DNA from: Bilabrum cf. latius
Taxonomy: Eukaryota
Reading direction: 5' to 3'
Length of the DNA stretch: 64,000 nucleotides
NCBI GenBank assembly: GCA_965178125.1
Contig: OZ237749.1
Location: 558,001 to 622,000 of the forward strand
The notes under the pieces were generated by a model. It worked only from the letters and a program-made list of their open reading frames with translations. It was not told where the DNA came from and ran no database searches. The position numbers were made by a program, and so were the translations under genes. Below, piece after piece: positions 50,901-62,252 of this stretch. How positions within the stretch are numbered: position 1 is the stretch's first letter; every line of letters starts with the position of its first letter.

Positions 50901-53900
50901 GCGTTGCTGCGGATCTCCAGCACGTCCCCGTCAGTCACGCGAGCCGACGGGTTCTGCTCGAAGTGAGACACGAACACCTCTCGGTTGGTGCCCAGACCCT
51001 CGGGGGTCACAAACACGATCTCGTCGTCCTGATGCCGCACGATGGTGGGCTGGCCCGGGCTCCACAGACTCCTGGACTCGCAGCCCTCGGCACCAGTCAC
51101 TGCCAGCTCCGACTGCGCCACGGCCGAGTCGGGGCCCAGCTGGGAGGTGCCATCCAGGCCTCGCGCCACGGAGAGGCACGCCCGGTAGAACTGCACCGCC
51201 ATGCCGGCCGTGGGCAGCACGCCCCGCGGCAGGCTGCTGGTGCCCATGTCCAGCTCGCCGTCGCCCTCGGGGGTGTGCAGGGGCAGCGGCACGCGGCCTG
51301 CCTGGAAGGTCTGCGCCGCGGACTGCAGCACATTGGGGTTGGTGATGGGCCCGCGGCCGAAGTTCCTGCCCTTGAGCACGAGCTGCGCCCCTCCCGCCGT
51401 GGGGATGTCAAACACGCTGTTGGGCAGCGCCTCGATCGAGTCGATCTCCGGGTCGTTGTACTGGAACGCCACACCCTCGATGCCGACCTGTACGCCCCTG
51501 AGCTTGGGCCCCTGCATGGCGCCCTCGGGCTGCTGCCCGCGCACGCGCAGGGTGACATCGCGCATGCCAACGCCCGGAGGCATCAGCAGTCGCACCCTGT
51601 CGTGGGTCCAGCTCAGCACGTGCCCGTGCCACACCTCGCCCTCGCCGTACACGGTCTCGGATTGGTCGCACACGAGGTTCCGCAGGCGAGTGCCCAGCGG
51701 CGCCGCGCCCTCCTCGGCGTCCCTGTTGGGCCACGCCACAAAAGCGCACGAGGTGTCGTTGTCCCTGGCTCCAAAGTTCTCGCCGTCCAGCTCGACCTCG
51801 TAGAAGCCCGCCGCGGGTCCGCGGTGCACCGTCACCTGCGTGCTGCCGTCCTCGGCCTGCACCACCTCCTGACTGGCAGTGGCAGCGTACACCGTGGCGC
51901 TCGTGACAGTAGGCTTCATGTACGCGAAGGCGTCCTGCAGCGGCTCCGACTGCACGCCGGCCACGCTGACCACTGCATCCAGACGGGCACCGGTGCCCTC
52001 AGCCAGGGTGCACTCGATCTCGTCGTAGGCGGGGCGGTTGGCGGGCGCGGGGATGCGCACGGGATTAGAGCAGTTGAGCATGCCGGGCGCGCTCATGTCG
52101 GTGATCTCCTGCTCGGCGGCACGTTCCTGGGAGAGAGGGCTGTCACGACCGATGTGCACGGCCAGCTGAGCCGCCACTCCAGTGTCCACCTGCAGCGGGC
52201 TGGGCTCGCCGAAGTTGGTGCCGCGCACAAGCACTCGCACACCGCCACGGGTGGGTCCCCTGGGCAGGCCGTTGAGGGTCACGCTCTGGATGGCGGGGGG
52301 CGTGTGGGAGTGCGCCATGGGCTGCGAGTCCTGCCCACCCACCGTCACGCGGTAGGCAAACGGCATGCCTCCCAGGGCCGGGTCCGTGCCGTCGCCCTCG
52401 CCCTGGGGCACGCGCAGCTCCAGCATGGTGTGCGAGCGGCTGCGGCGGGCCGGGTCCTGGGTCGTGTGTCTGCACGCAGATGTCTCGTCCTGGTACTGCT
52501 CGCCCAGCTCGAACATGTTGCCGAAGCCGAGGCGCACCTGAGGGCACAGACCGAAGTTCTCACCCACGATGCGCATGATGGCCCCTCGAGTTGGTGTGTA
52601 CACCACGCCGTCCGCTGGAGTGAACACCTCGTCGGGCTGTCCCGATGGGTTGGCCGACGTGTCGTGCCAGACCTGCACCTCCGTGATGGACGGAGGCGCG
52701 TACGAGATGTACTGCGGACCAGACACGATGCCATCGCTGCCGGACGAGAAGCGCTGCACCACCACAGGCACCTGCGAGCCGTCGTTCACGAACTCGCCGC
52801 GGGGCCCAGCCGGCATCACGCAGGCGATGTCCCACTGCATGCCTCCATTGTCCGCATCGATGAGCGAGTTGTAGCTCGGATTGGCATCCACCTGGGCCTG
52901 CAGGATGACAGTGGGGAAATCGGCATCCGACACGGTCTGCGACGGGTCGGAGGGCAGCACCAGCGGGCACGGCTGCCCGCCAACGTCCACCTGGATGCTT
53001 TGCGCCTGCCCGATACGGGCCACCTTGAGCTCAAGGACTTCCCCTCCCGCCGTGCTGAAAGCATCGGCTCCCTGCAGGCCTGCCACTTGCGGAGACACGT
53101 CGTAGTACTGGGCAGCGGCAGACGTCTGACTCTTCTCCATGGCACCATCGTACGACAGCGAGCCCAGGTGAACCTTCGCAAGCCCAGAGTCCACATCGGT
53201 CATGACCTCGATCACGGTGTCGGTCCAGTCCACCACCTGCACGCGGCCTGGAGCTGCCGAAAAGTCCGCTGGATCGTCCGAGGGCGCGATGAGCACCTTG
53301 CGCTCCACCTGGTCGTTGAGCTCCTGCGCCGAGGCACCGAAGTTGCGGCCGTACACGCGCAGCAGCTTGATGCCCTCCTGTCCAGGGAACAAGTTGGCCC
53401 GTTGGTTGGCGTACGGTCCCGTGGTCCCGATGGGATCCAGCGAGAGGAAGTCGATCGAGGGGTTCTGGTAGGTGAACACCGAGGGGTTGTTCACCACCAC
53501 GGACGCGTTGATGAGTCCCTCGGTCACCATGGTGGTGTAGGCCGACATGTCCACGGCGCTGCGCAGGGCCAGCTGGGGGAAGCCAGCTGGCGAGTTGACC
53601 AGCACCACCGCCCTGTCCTTGCCCACGCCAGACGGCAGCGCGAACTTGACTGTCTGCACTGCCTCACGATCGTATCCGGCTGGGTATGCAGTGTTCCCTG
53701 CCGACGGCTCAAAGCGGGCTGTGCCAGACATGGGCTCCGTGGTTGAAATGCCGCTAGAATCCGTACCATCTGCAGCGTGGCCGAAGTCGACTGTCAGCGT
53801 GGATCGGCCGTCCGCGAAACCAAAGTACTTGCCGGTCACCTTGATCATTTGGGGGCTCTCCTCGTCCTGCTCGGCGTGCCCGAAGGCAGGCGAGATTGAC

Positions 53901-56900
53901 ACGATCTCAGGGGCGGCGTATGACACCGTGGTCTGGGACTCGGTGGACTCCTGGTCGGCCACCACCACCACGAATCGCATGTCGGCACCCACACCGGGAG
54001 GCACCCGCACTCTGATCCTGGAGTGGTCTGTCATGATGCGGTACTCCGACTCGGGCAGCACGTACTGGTGGGCCCCGTTGCCGAAGCGCACCTCCTGCAG
54101 CAGCTGCTCGTCTCCCGACGGCCCGAAGTTGCGGCCCACGAGCTCAACGTAGTCTCCGCCCTCGGGGCTCAGCTGTCGGTCCTGAGGCATGGCGGGCATG
54201 GGGTCCACCGAGATCGGCTCGCCACTCACCGTGGCAGGGAACAGCCCAGCCCCGTTGAAGCGCTCGATCGAATCGATCACGGGCAGGGCATAAGCAGTCA
54301 CAGGGTCTCTGGAAGTCAGCCCAGCCACCACCATGGTCCACTTGAGGTCAGCACCGCCACCCACAGCCAACTCGCACTGGATCCGCTTGTGATCCACCAC
54401 CATGCTGCAGCTGCTGCCGTCTACAGCGAACGTCCTGATCTCGGGGTCGATCGCATTGCCGCTCTCGTCGAAGCGGGCCATGACCAGCCTGTACGAGATG
54501 GCCACCTGAGCGTCCATCACGGGGCCGAAGTTGTCGCCGTAGATCTCGATGAGGTCCCCGCCCTCCGTGCGACCCTGCCTCACCGCGTCAATGTTCTCGG
54601 CATCTGCCACGTCGTCGAAGCCCGCAATGGTGGGGGCCGAGTAGCTCGAGTTTGCCTCGAAGATGGCCTCGGTCATCTGCCCGCCCACGCGCAGGGCCCA
54701 AGAGTAGCCTGCACCGCGGCCCGGGATGAGCCGGCAGTTGACGCGGCTGACACCGTGCCTGGCCGGGTCGCGCACAACTTCGCACGCCCCCGTGGCCTCG
54801 TCCTGGTCCATCTCGTACAGGCCGCTACCTGCCGGAAAGTCGCTCTCCAGCCCGAACTGCACCACCTCGATGGCGTTCATATCCACAGGTCCAAAATGCT
54901 CGCCGTCGATCTCCACCAGATCGCCCCCGGATGTGGAGGCCTCCTTGGCACCAGGCCCGAATACGCGTGTGATTACTGGCGGCAGGTAGCTCAGCTGCTC
55001 TGAGGATGGGCTGCTCTCCAGGTCGAATGCGGTGGACACCTGTCCGGGCATCACCACCTTGAGGCGGTGGTTCCGGCCCACGCCAGCCCCCGTGGTGCAC
55101 GTCAGCCTCGTGTGCTCCGATCCGACGTCCTTGGTGCACGTCACATCGCTCACGTACTCGTGATCTCCGATGCCAGTCACCAGCCCGGGGATGGTGCTGG
55201 GCCTGGTGCCATACGACACGCGGGGCACAAGCGCCCTGGAGCTGATGTCGGTCATGGGCCCGAAGTTGCGACCCTCCACCACGATAGTCTCGCCGCCAGC
55301 ACTGTCCATCGAATCCAGGCCGTGCATGGCTCCGGCAGGCACACTCACACTCGTCACCACAGGAGCGGCGTATTCCATCTGGTCAGCAGCAGCCACCTCG
55401 GACACAGTCCCGCCCACGCGCACGTACAGGCTCAGTCCCTGTCCGTAGCCCTCACCCGTCCTGACCCTCAGCTCGTCGTACTCCACCCCACCCGCCTGCA
55501 CAGCCGCCACGAAAGGCAGGTCATCAAAGTCATTTGCATCCAGAGATCCCATCAGGTCGGACTGAAAGCCGTACCTGACCTGCACCAGATTCAGGTCCAT
55601 CCCTTCGAAGCCCAAGTTGGTGCCAGTCAGGATGATCGTCTCACCGCCTGCTGTGCTCATGGGTCGTGTATTGACGAGGTCGTTCGGGCCGGCGATGGAG
55701 GTCACGGCAGGCGCTCCGTAGTCGGCGAACAGCGGCTCGAGGGTGCGCACTTGTTCTCCTCGCATGACCACGTGCCAGCGCAGGCCTCGTCCCACGCCTG
55801 GAGGTACCTCGCACGTCATGTAGTCCAGGTCGTTGCCATCATCGTCCATGTCACCGCTCTTCTTCACCACGCAGTTGGTGGCATTGTACGACAGCTTGGG
55901 CGTCATGGTCACCGATTCGTACCACACCTTGAGGTCGGTCGTCTCCACGAGGTTGAGTCCGAGGATCCTGACGCCCTGGGTGCGCCCCCCGGCAGTCCCC
56001 CTAGTCAGCATGGCCCGGTAAACGTAGTCTTCCTCTTCCCGCACTTGGTTGTTGCACTGCCCGTCGCACACCTGCACGGCGGTCAGCAGAGGCTCAGAGG
56101 CGAGGTCGCGCGCGGTGAGGTCTGATGCGATGATGACCGTCTGCTTGCCCACGGTGGGAGTCGACACGCGCCCGTCATCGGCCGCCAGCTCGACCTCGTA
56201 CACGCCCCTCACTAGCCTGCCCTCGTACTCAATGGGGTACATGGGGTCGTCTTCCTGGGGGGCCGTGTGGTAGGTCAGGTCCACCTTGAACTCGAGTTGC
56301 TTGGTGCCGGTGGGATCGTTGGTGGCTGGCGTGTCACGCAAGTCGAAGATAACATCGTCCGAAGGCAGTGCTTGACGAGTCTAGGACGTGTCGGTGAGGA
56401 AGTTTCCATCCACGAACGGCGCCAGTCTGGTCACTGAAAGGATGGTGTAGTCGATGTCGTCGCTGTCCTCGTCATCTTGCTCCAGTACGGCAATGGGGAA
56501 CCCCACGGTTGCATTCAGCTCACTTACCACGTGCACGGTGGCGGGGACGCTAGGGGGGTCATTCACGTCGTTGAGAGTCACGTTGATGGCACGCCCGTCG
56601 TTGAGGCCCTCTGCATCCGCCACGGTCACAAAGAGCAGGTGCTCCCTCTTCTCCTCGTAGTTGAGCCCCTCCTTGGCCACCGACAGCTGGCCCGATGTCT
56701 CACCCATTGCAAAGAAACCATCGTCATTGCCAGCCAGGATCTCCCACGTGAAGTCTGTCTCACCGTCTGGGTCCGTGGCGGTGAATGGCCCGGGCAGCAC
56801 GTTGGTACCCACGACAGAGTTCTCGTCTACAGTGACCATCACGGGGTCCATTTGGTCCATGACAGGAGGATCATTGCGGTCCAGCACGTTAATCGTCACG

Positions 56901-59872
56901 TCAATCTCGCTGGCAGCAACATCCTTGCCGTCCGTCTTGCCCACCACAGTGATCACGTACTGGGTCTTGACGGCATAGTCAAGGATGGCGTTCGCCACCT
57001 TGATCTGGCCGTCGCACAGCCCGATCGTGAACGCGGAAAGGAAGTTCCCACCAGCGTCCTTGGCCTGGCCGTCGTTGTTCCCTTCCGGCTTGATGGACCA
57101 CAGAATGGCCTGGTCCTCGCTCAACGTGGTGCCCTGAATGGGGCTGCCCACCAGCGTGCCGGGCATCACGCGCTCCTCCACCTCCAGGGCCCCAGCAAGG
57201 TCAGGAATCGTCGGCGGTGCCGGCTGGCACTTGGTATCCTGGCCACCAAAGCTGCCGAAAGTATCACATGGGCGCAGCTCGTCCGAGCCGGCGACTGCAA
57301 TATAGCCAGCCTTGCACTGGAACTCGCAGAATTCGCCTGTCACCGTCCCATCGCACTGCGTGTTGTCCTTGCAGTCGGTCCACACCTTGAAATCATCAAT
57401 CTGCACCCCATCACCGTGCGCTGCAAGACCTTGCATGCCGTAATTGAGCGGAGTACTGCGGGAAGGGTCGCTGAACGTAGATACGAGCTCGTCTCCGCAG
57501 TATACCTTGATGGAGAGCGTGTCCTACTCTGCTCGAATCAGCTGCGGCTCTTCCGTGTCGTCCGTGGGAATCGTGCAGTCCTTGGAAAAAGCAACCTCGG
57601 TCTCCGTGTACTTGTATACAAAATCGGTGGGGTCGTATCCGTAGCTCCAGTAGGTCATGTGGTGCTTGTCCTCGCCACCTGTGAGACTGACTGCGTACCC
57701 ACTGGTTTCTGAGCCAGTTTTGCGGAGCAGCAGCTGCGCTCTCGTCCCCTCTGGAATGATAAACTTGGCCTCGACGTTGAGGTTGCGGCCAAACGTCTGT
57801 CGGTACGTCTGCGCACTGCCCATTGCGAAGAGGTAGTTGAAATCTGCGACGGGCGCCGAGTTGGTGGAGGAAGACGTTGACGGGCAGCTGCCTCCGGAAC
57901 TTTCCCTGTGCACCAACCGCTCGTTCTCGATCTTCCAAACGTCGCCTGCAGCGGAGATCGATGCAGAGTACACGGGCACTGGCACCAGCATGGGGTACCA
58001 CTAAGGACCTTCCTCGCTCTCCAGCTCGTCCAGGTCGTCCCCGAAGCCCATGTAGTTGTGCACGCGCTTGCAGGAGTCGGTGTTCTCGGGCATGCCCAGG
58101 TTGGAGCAGGTGCGGCCGCACCTTCCCATCCCGCTGCCCCAACTGCCGCTGTTCACATTGCCATACGTGTACCACGAGGTTCGTGTGTACGACATGTAGT
58201 AGCCTTGAGTGAAGGTCATGCCTGCATTGCAATAAAGGTAGCAGGAGCCTGCACGCGTGAGCGGCAGCGAGTAGGTCATGGACGTGGAGTTGTAGTCGCC
58301 GCATCCAGAACGACTCAGTTCGTTCTGGTAGTCTGGCAGCCAGCTGGTCGGGACCAGCTGGCTCGCGGCAGGAAGCGAGGTGGGCTTGTACTTGTTCTGA
58401 AGGTAGGTGCTGATCCGCCGCATGGTGGTGGTGTTCATGGGCTTGTCGACGGGAGAAGTGTACACCAGATACTCGGCCATGTACTGGACGCCACTCCTGC
58501 TGCGCATGCTGTACTGCGGCTCGTGGGATAGCACAATCGAGATGCAACAAGGCAAGTAGCAAAATTAGTCCCCTGGAGAGAACCCGCGAAGCCTATGAGG
58601 CGTCCATGCATACATCGTGGCAGAATGTGTCCTCACAGAGTACGGCAGACCAGCTAGGAGAGAGCTGACCACCTCGCCGTAGTCGCGCCCTATCCGGAGG
58701 CGGTGGGCTGCAATGAGTGTGGGCGAGCAGTTGCTAGGGAGCGATCATGACGAATGGCTCGCATTGCCTCTTTTCCAGGTGCTTGGCATTGCGAAATGAC
58801 ACTTACTAGAGCTGTAGTATGACGCCGAAGTAAAGTCGCTAAGGCTCGAGTAGGAGGCCGAGACTCCTTGGAAGGCCTGTTGGTTCCTTGAACCCGAGGC
58901 GGGGCTCTCGGTAATGTCGTCGTCAAGACCCACGTGGAACTGATGCTCGGTACCGACCTTCTTGGTCCAGCCCACCATGACCATCGGGTCTTCCTCTCGC
59001 CAGCCGCTGTACGCGGAGAAGCCGAAGTCGTAGGGCAGGTCCTACTTTTTCAGCGATGCCTAGGCCATAGTGTTTGACGTGCGAGATGTTCCAGATCGCC
59101 CCATGAATCCAAGAATCGGACGGTTCGTATCATACTAGTAAATGTAGTATTGGTAAGAGGTGCCCTCCCAACCGAGGTTCCAACCATTGCGAACCTGATC
59201 GTAGTAGTTCGTCCGATGTGATCGACCTGCGAGGAAGACAACGAATACGTTTCGGCTGCTTGTACGATCGTTAGGCTAGGTATCATCGCATGCATATTGC
59301 ACAACAAACATGAGTGCAGGCTTGGGATGGGCCGACATGGTGGGTACCGCTGCAAACATTTCATTAATGGACGGCTGGCGGTGCGGGAAAACGCAGGTGC
59401 CAGCACCCAGGCTGTTGCCGGGCCAACACAAAAAAGACTCACCGAAGCTGATGACCTCCCATGGATACGCCAAACTTGGATACGTGTAAGGCTAGCCAAC
59501 CGCAAAAATGTACCTGTTGTGGTTGCTGCTAATATCAATCTTCTTCATGTCGCCGGCCTCGGCCGTCGCGGGGACGTACTCCATGATGGTGGAGCTGGTT
59601 ATGTAGGCTGCCGAGAAGCAGCCAATCCGCTGGTTGTACACGTACGGTGCCATATCATGGAAGTAAGTGGAGCTGTATGCAGACCGGAAGGCCTTCCATT
59701 CGCCGGACTAGAGCTTCGCCTTGTCAGTATTCTTCTGTGTCAGCACCTGGCCGTACGAATTCCTGGAGAAATCGAGATGAACGAGCAAATCTACGTCTTC
59801 ACCGAGCCCTTCAGACAAAGGATCCATTGCAACGACTACATATCCACATAGTGCGGCTAAGAGTGCTCTCAT
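47972..59872 (-). CDS. Giant (~3,800 aa) cell-surface protein: signal peptide, LamG-like region, cadherin repeats, many IPT/TIG repeats, Cys-rich region, multi-pass TRP-like TM domain; 3 introns; 8 in-frame TAG
   Basis: Start MRALLAALCGYVVVA. Phase-matched introns at 59227-59442, 58708-58806 and 58514-58672 (donor could instead be 58636). ORFs 58001-58555, 57524-57991, 56381-57436 and 47972-56341 join across TAG. Cadherin motifs DRNDPP, VDENS, ATDPDG, LNYEEK, DVNDPP; repeated GG...I.I.G.NFG IPT motifs; C-terminal hydrophobic helices. Confidence 0.85.
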
Positions 59873-60387
59873 ACCAACCCCAGTACCCCGGCGTAGTGAC
59901 TGCGGAATGTTTTGTGATTTGAGCAGGCTAATTCAAGCAAAACGGTGCAGCACTCGAAACAATAATCGCGGAAACGAATAGAAGTGGTTGCTAAATACAA
60001 CGTACCTGGAGGAAGGGCCTTTCGAGGGCTGCTACCCTCGATTGTCAACGAAGGAAGTGAGCATGTGGTCCCGTCATCCTTCGAATCGCCGCAAATCTGG
60101 TATTTTACACCAATTTTTACACTTTACTTTGGTGCCCTGGCGGTGACCAGTGGTGACCAGTGGTGGGACGCATTTCCATCACTGCAATTCGATTATGCAT
60201 TTTGATTCTCTAGCAACCCTTAGATTCTGAGCGGTTCATGTGCCAGAAGGTACTACTTAGTAAAGGCACGCCCCGGGCCGTGGCAACTTCCCTCCGCATG
60301 TGTACAGGACTCGCAACCATCGGGCTTCTGTAAGACCCCAAAGTACGCTCAGATCAACAAATAACGCAAACCATACAGATGGGCGAC

Positions 60388-61381
60388 TCACTTCCCCCCG
60401 CCACTGCCACTGCCGGCAGCTGCACCTCGCGCTTCGTCGCGAACCGCTGCCCAGCGGTCCATGTACTTTTTCTCGCGGATATCCCATTCTTCGGCGGGGT
60501 ACTCCTCGTCCGATGTAGACAACAGGAGCCATTGCAAGAAGAAAGCGCAATTTTCCGGCGTATCAAGGGCGTTTTCCGGCGGAGGGGCACCTGCTTTGCT
60601 CACCCCGATTTTGTGCTCCTCGTAGGCAGCCTTGCTCGCCTCGTCCATGCTGCTTTGGAAGCCCCGGAACAGCCCAGAAAGCGGGAATTTATCTTCATCT
60701 ACCTCACGAATTTTATCCTGCATGGGAGTGGCGACGATCCCGGGCCGCACAGAGCCGCACATGATGCCCGTGCCTCCGAGCTCGACGTTCATGCTCTGCC
60801 ACAGCATCTTGAACGCGGCCTTGCTCGTGCAGTACGTCGTCCAGCTGGGGTATGCGCTGTCTGCGGCGCCACTGGATATATTAAGGATTCGTCCGCCAGG
60901 CTGTGTCATGCTCGGAAGCAAGGCTTTGGTGAGAGCCAACGGGGCAAAGAAATTCACTTCAAACGTCTTGCGGACGTCGTCCACCTCTAGAGACGCAAGC
61001 GGAGTCACCGGTCCGATGGAGCCAGCATTGTGCACAAGGTAGTCAATGGTAGAGCCTGTTGATTTAGCCGCGGAAGATACTGCTTCGACTCCCTGCAAGA
61101 GGCACAAGACGGCAATACTCGAAGGTGACGTGGCGGCTTATAAGATATACTAGCATATTACGAAGTCATCAAGGTATCCTCACCTCTGACGTTGTCAGAT
61201 CAGCAGAGCAAACGAGAATCTTTCCTTCTTCTGCTTCTTTGGCGAGCGCTTCAAGTGGCGCAGGACGGCGCCCAACTGCAATCACTCGAACACCGCGAGA
61301 TGCCAACGCCAGCGATAGAGCTTTGCCAATACCGCTGCCAGCACCTGTCACAACTGCATGCATTGTCTTTGCAGCAGCCAT
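60388..61381 (-). CDS. Short-chain dehydrogenase/reductase (sepiapterin/benzil reductase-like); intron 61093-61183
   Basis: VTGAGSGIG, HNAG, NISSGAA and YCTSK motifs; phase-0 intron GTGAGG...TTGCAG. Confidence 0.9.
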
Positions 61382-62252
61382 TGTATTCTGTTTCCAACTG
61401 GCAGTACAGTTACGCTGTCTACTATGGACGTCATTCGAAAATCAGATTCACTGCCGATAACTTGACGTTACCATTATTCGCGAGCGGTTTCCAGACTTTC
61501 GTAGCTAGTGTCCCCAATGGAGACAGAAGCACCATCAGCCAGGATTCTCCGGAATATGTCGATCATATTACACCCATTTGTGTCCGGAACGTGGACCCTC
61601 ATGCGACATCCTACCCTGTTTCGGCCCCATGCTCTCATTCCCGTTGGAAGGCGAATTGGTTCATCCCCAGCGATCGTCAACCAAATAACCAGCTTCATGG
61701 ATGACAAAGAACTAGCTATGGCGTCATGTACGAGTCGCGTGAGACTTTGATTCCTCTACGGTAGAGATCTCAGAGCCTACCGTCAACTGCAACTGCTAGA
61801 TTCCGCGTGCTTGGACCCATGTGCCGCAGACTTGGAACCATGCCGCCGTTGAAGAAGACAAGTGGGTATAGATTGCCAAATCCAAATGGCGGGTGGACCC
61901 TGACAACGTCAAGTCACCGGATGGGAGCCCCATGCACGCAAAAGAGGTTTGCAAACGCCTCGAACAAGGTTTCAAGTTTCTGCTAGGAAGGCAACAAATG
62001 CTGTAGCAGGCGCAGCTTGCTTCTTCTCGACTCAACATTCCCCCACTTACTGCCCTGAGTATACTCGCTGGAATCCGAGGTTGAGACCACCAGCCAAACC
62101 ACTTCATAATGGCCCAGGGCCTCCGTATCCGATCCAATACATGACTGCTTGTTTCCGTGATTTTTGAAAATTCAGGAGCCTAAAATATCTGTCCATGACC
62201 AAACAAAATTTGAACAACATCGGGCCGAGGCTCAACACCACATTTGCCAGCC

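Noticed and set aside
49433-53746. 1437 aa plus-strand ORF (and 54023-55003, 55067-56125, 56477-57712)
   Set aside because: Antisense shadows of the GC3-biased giant gene, with no recognisable motifs.
61440-62200. Possible small spliced gene between the SDR and uS5 genes
   Set aside because: A GTAAGT donor and short frames exist, but I could not build a consistent exon chain or recognise a product.
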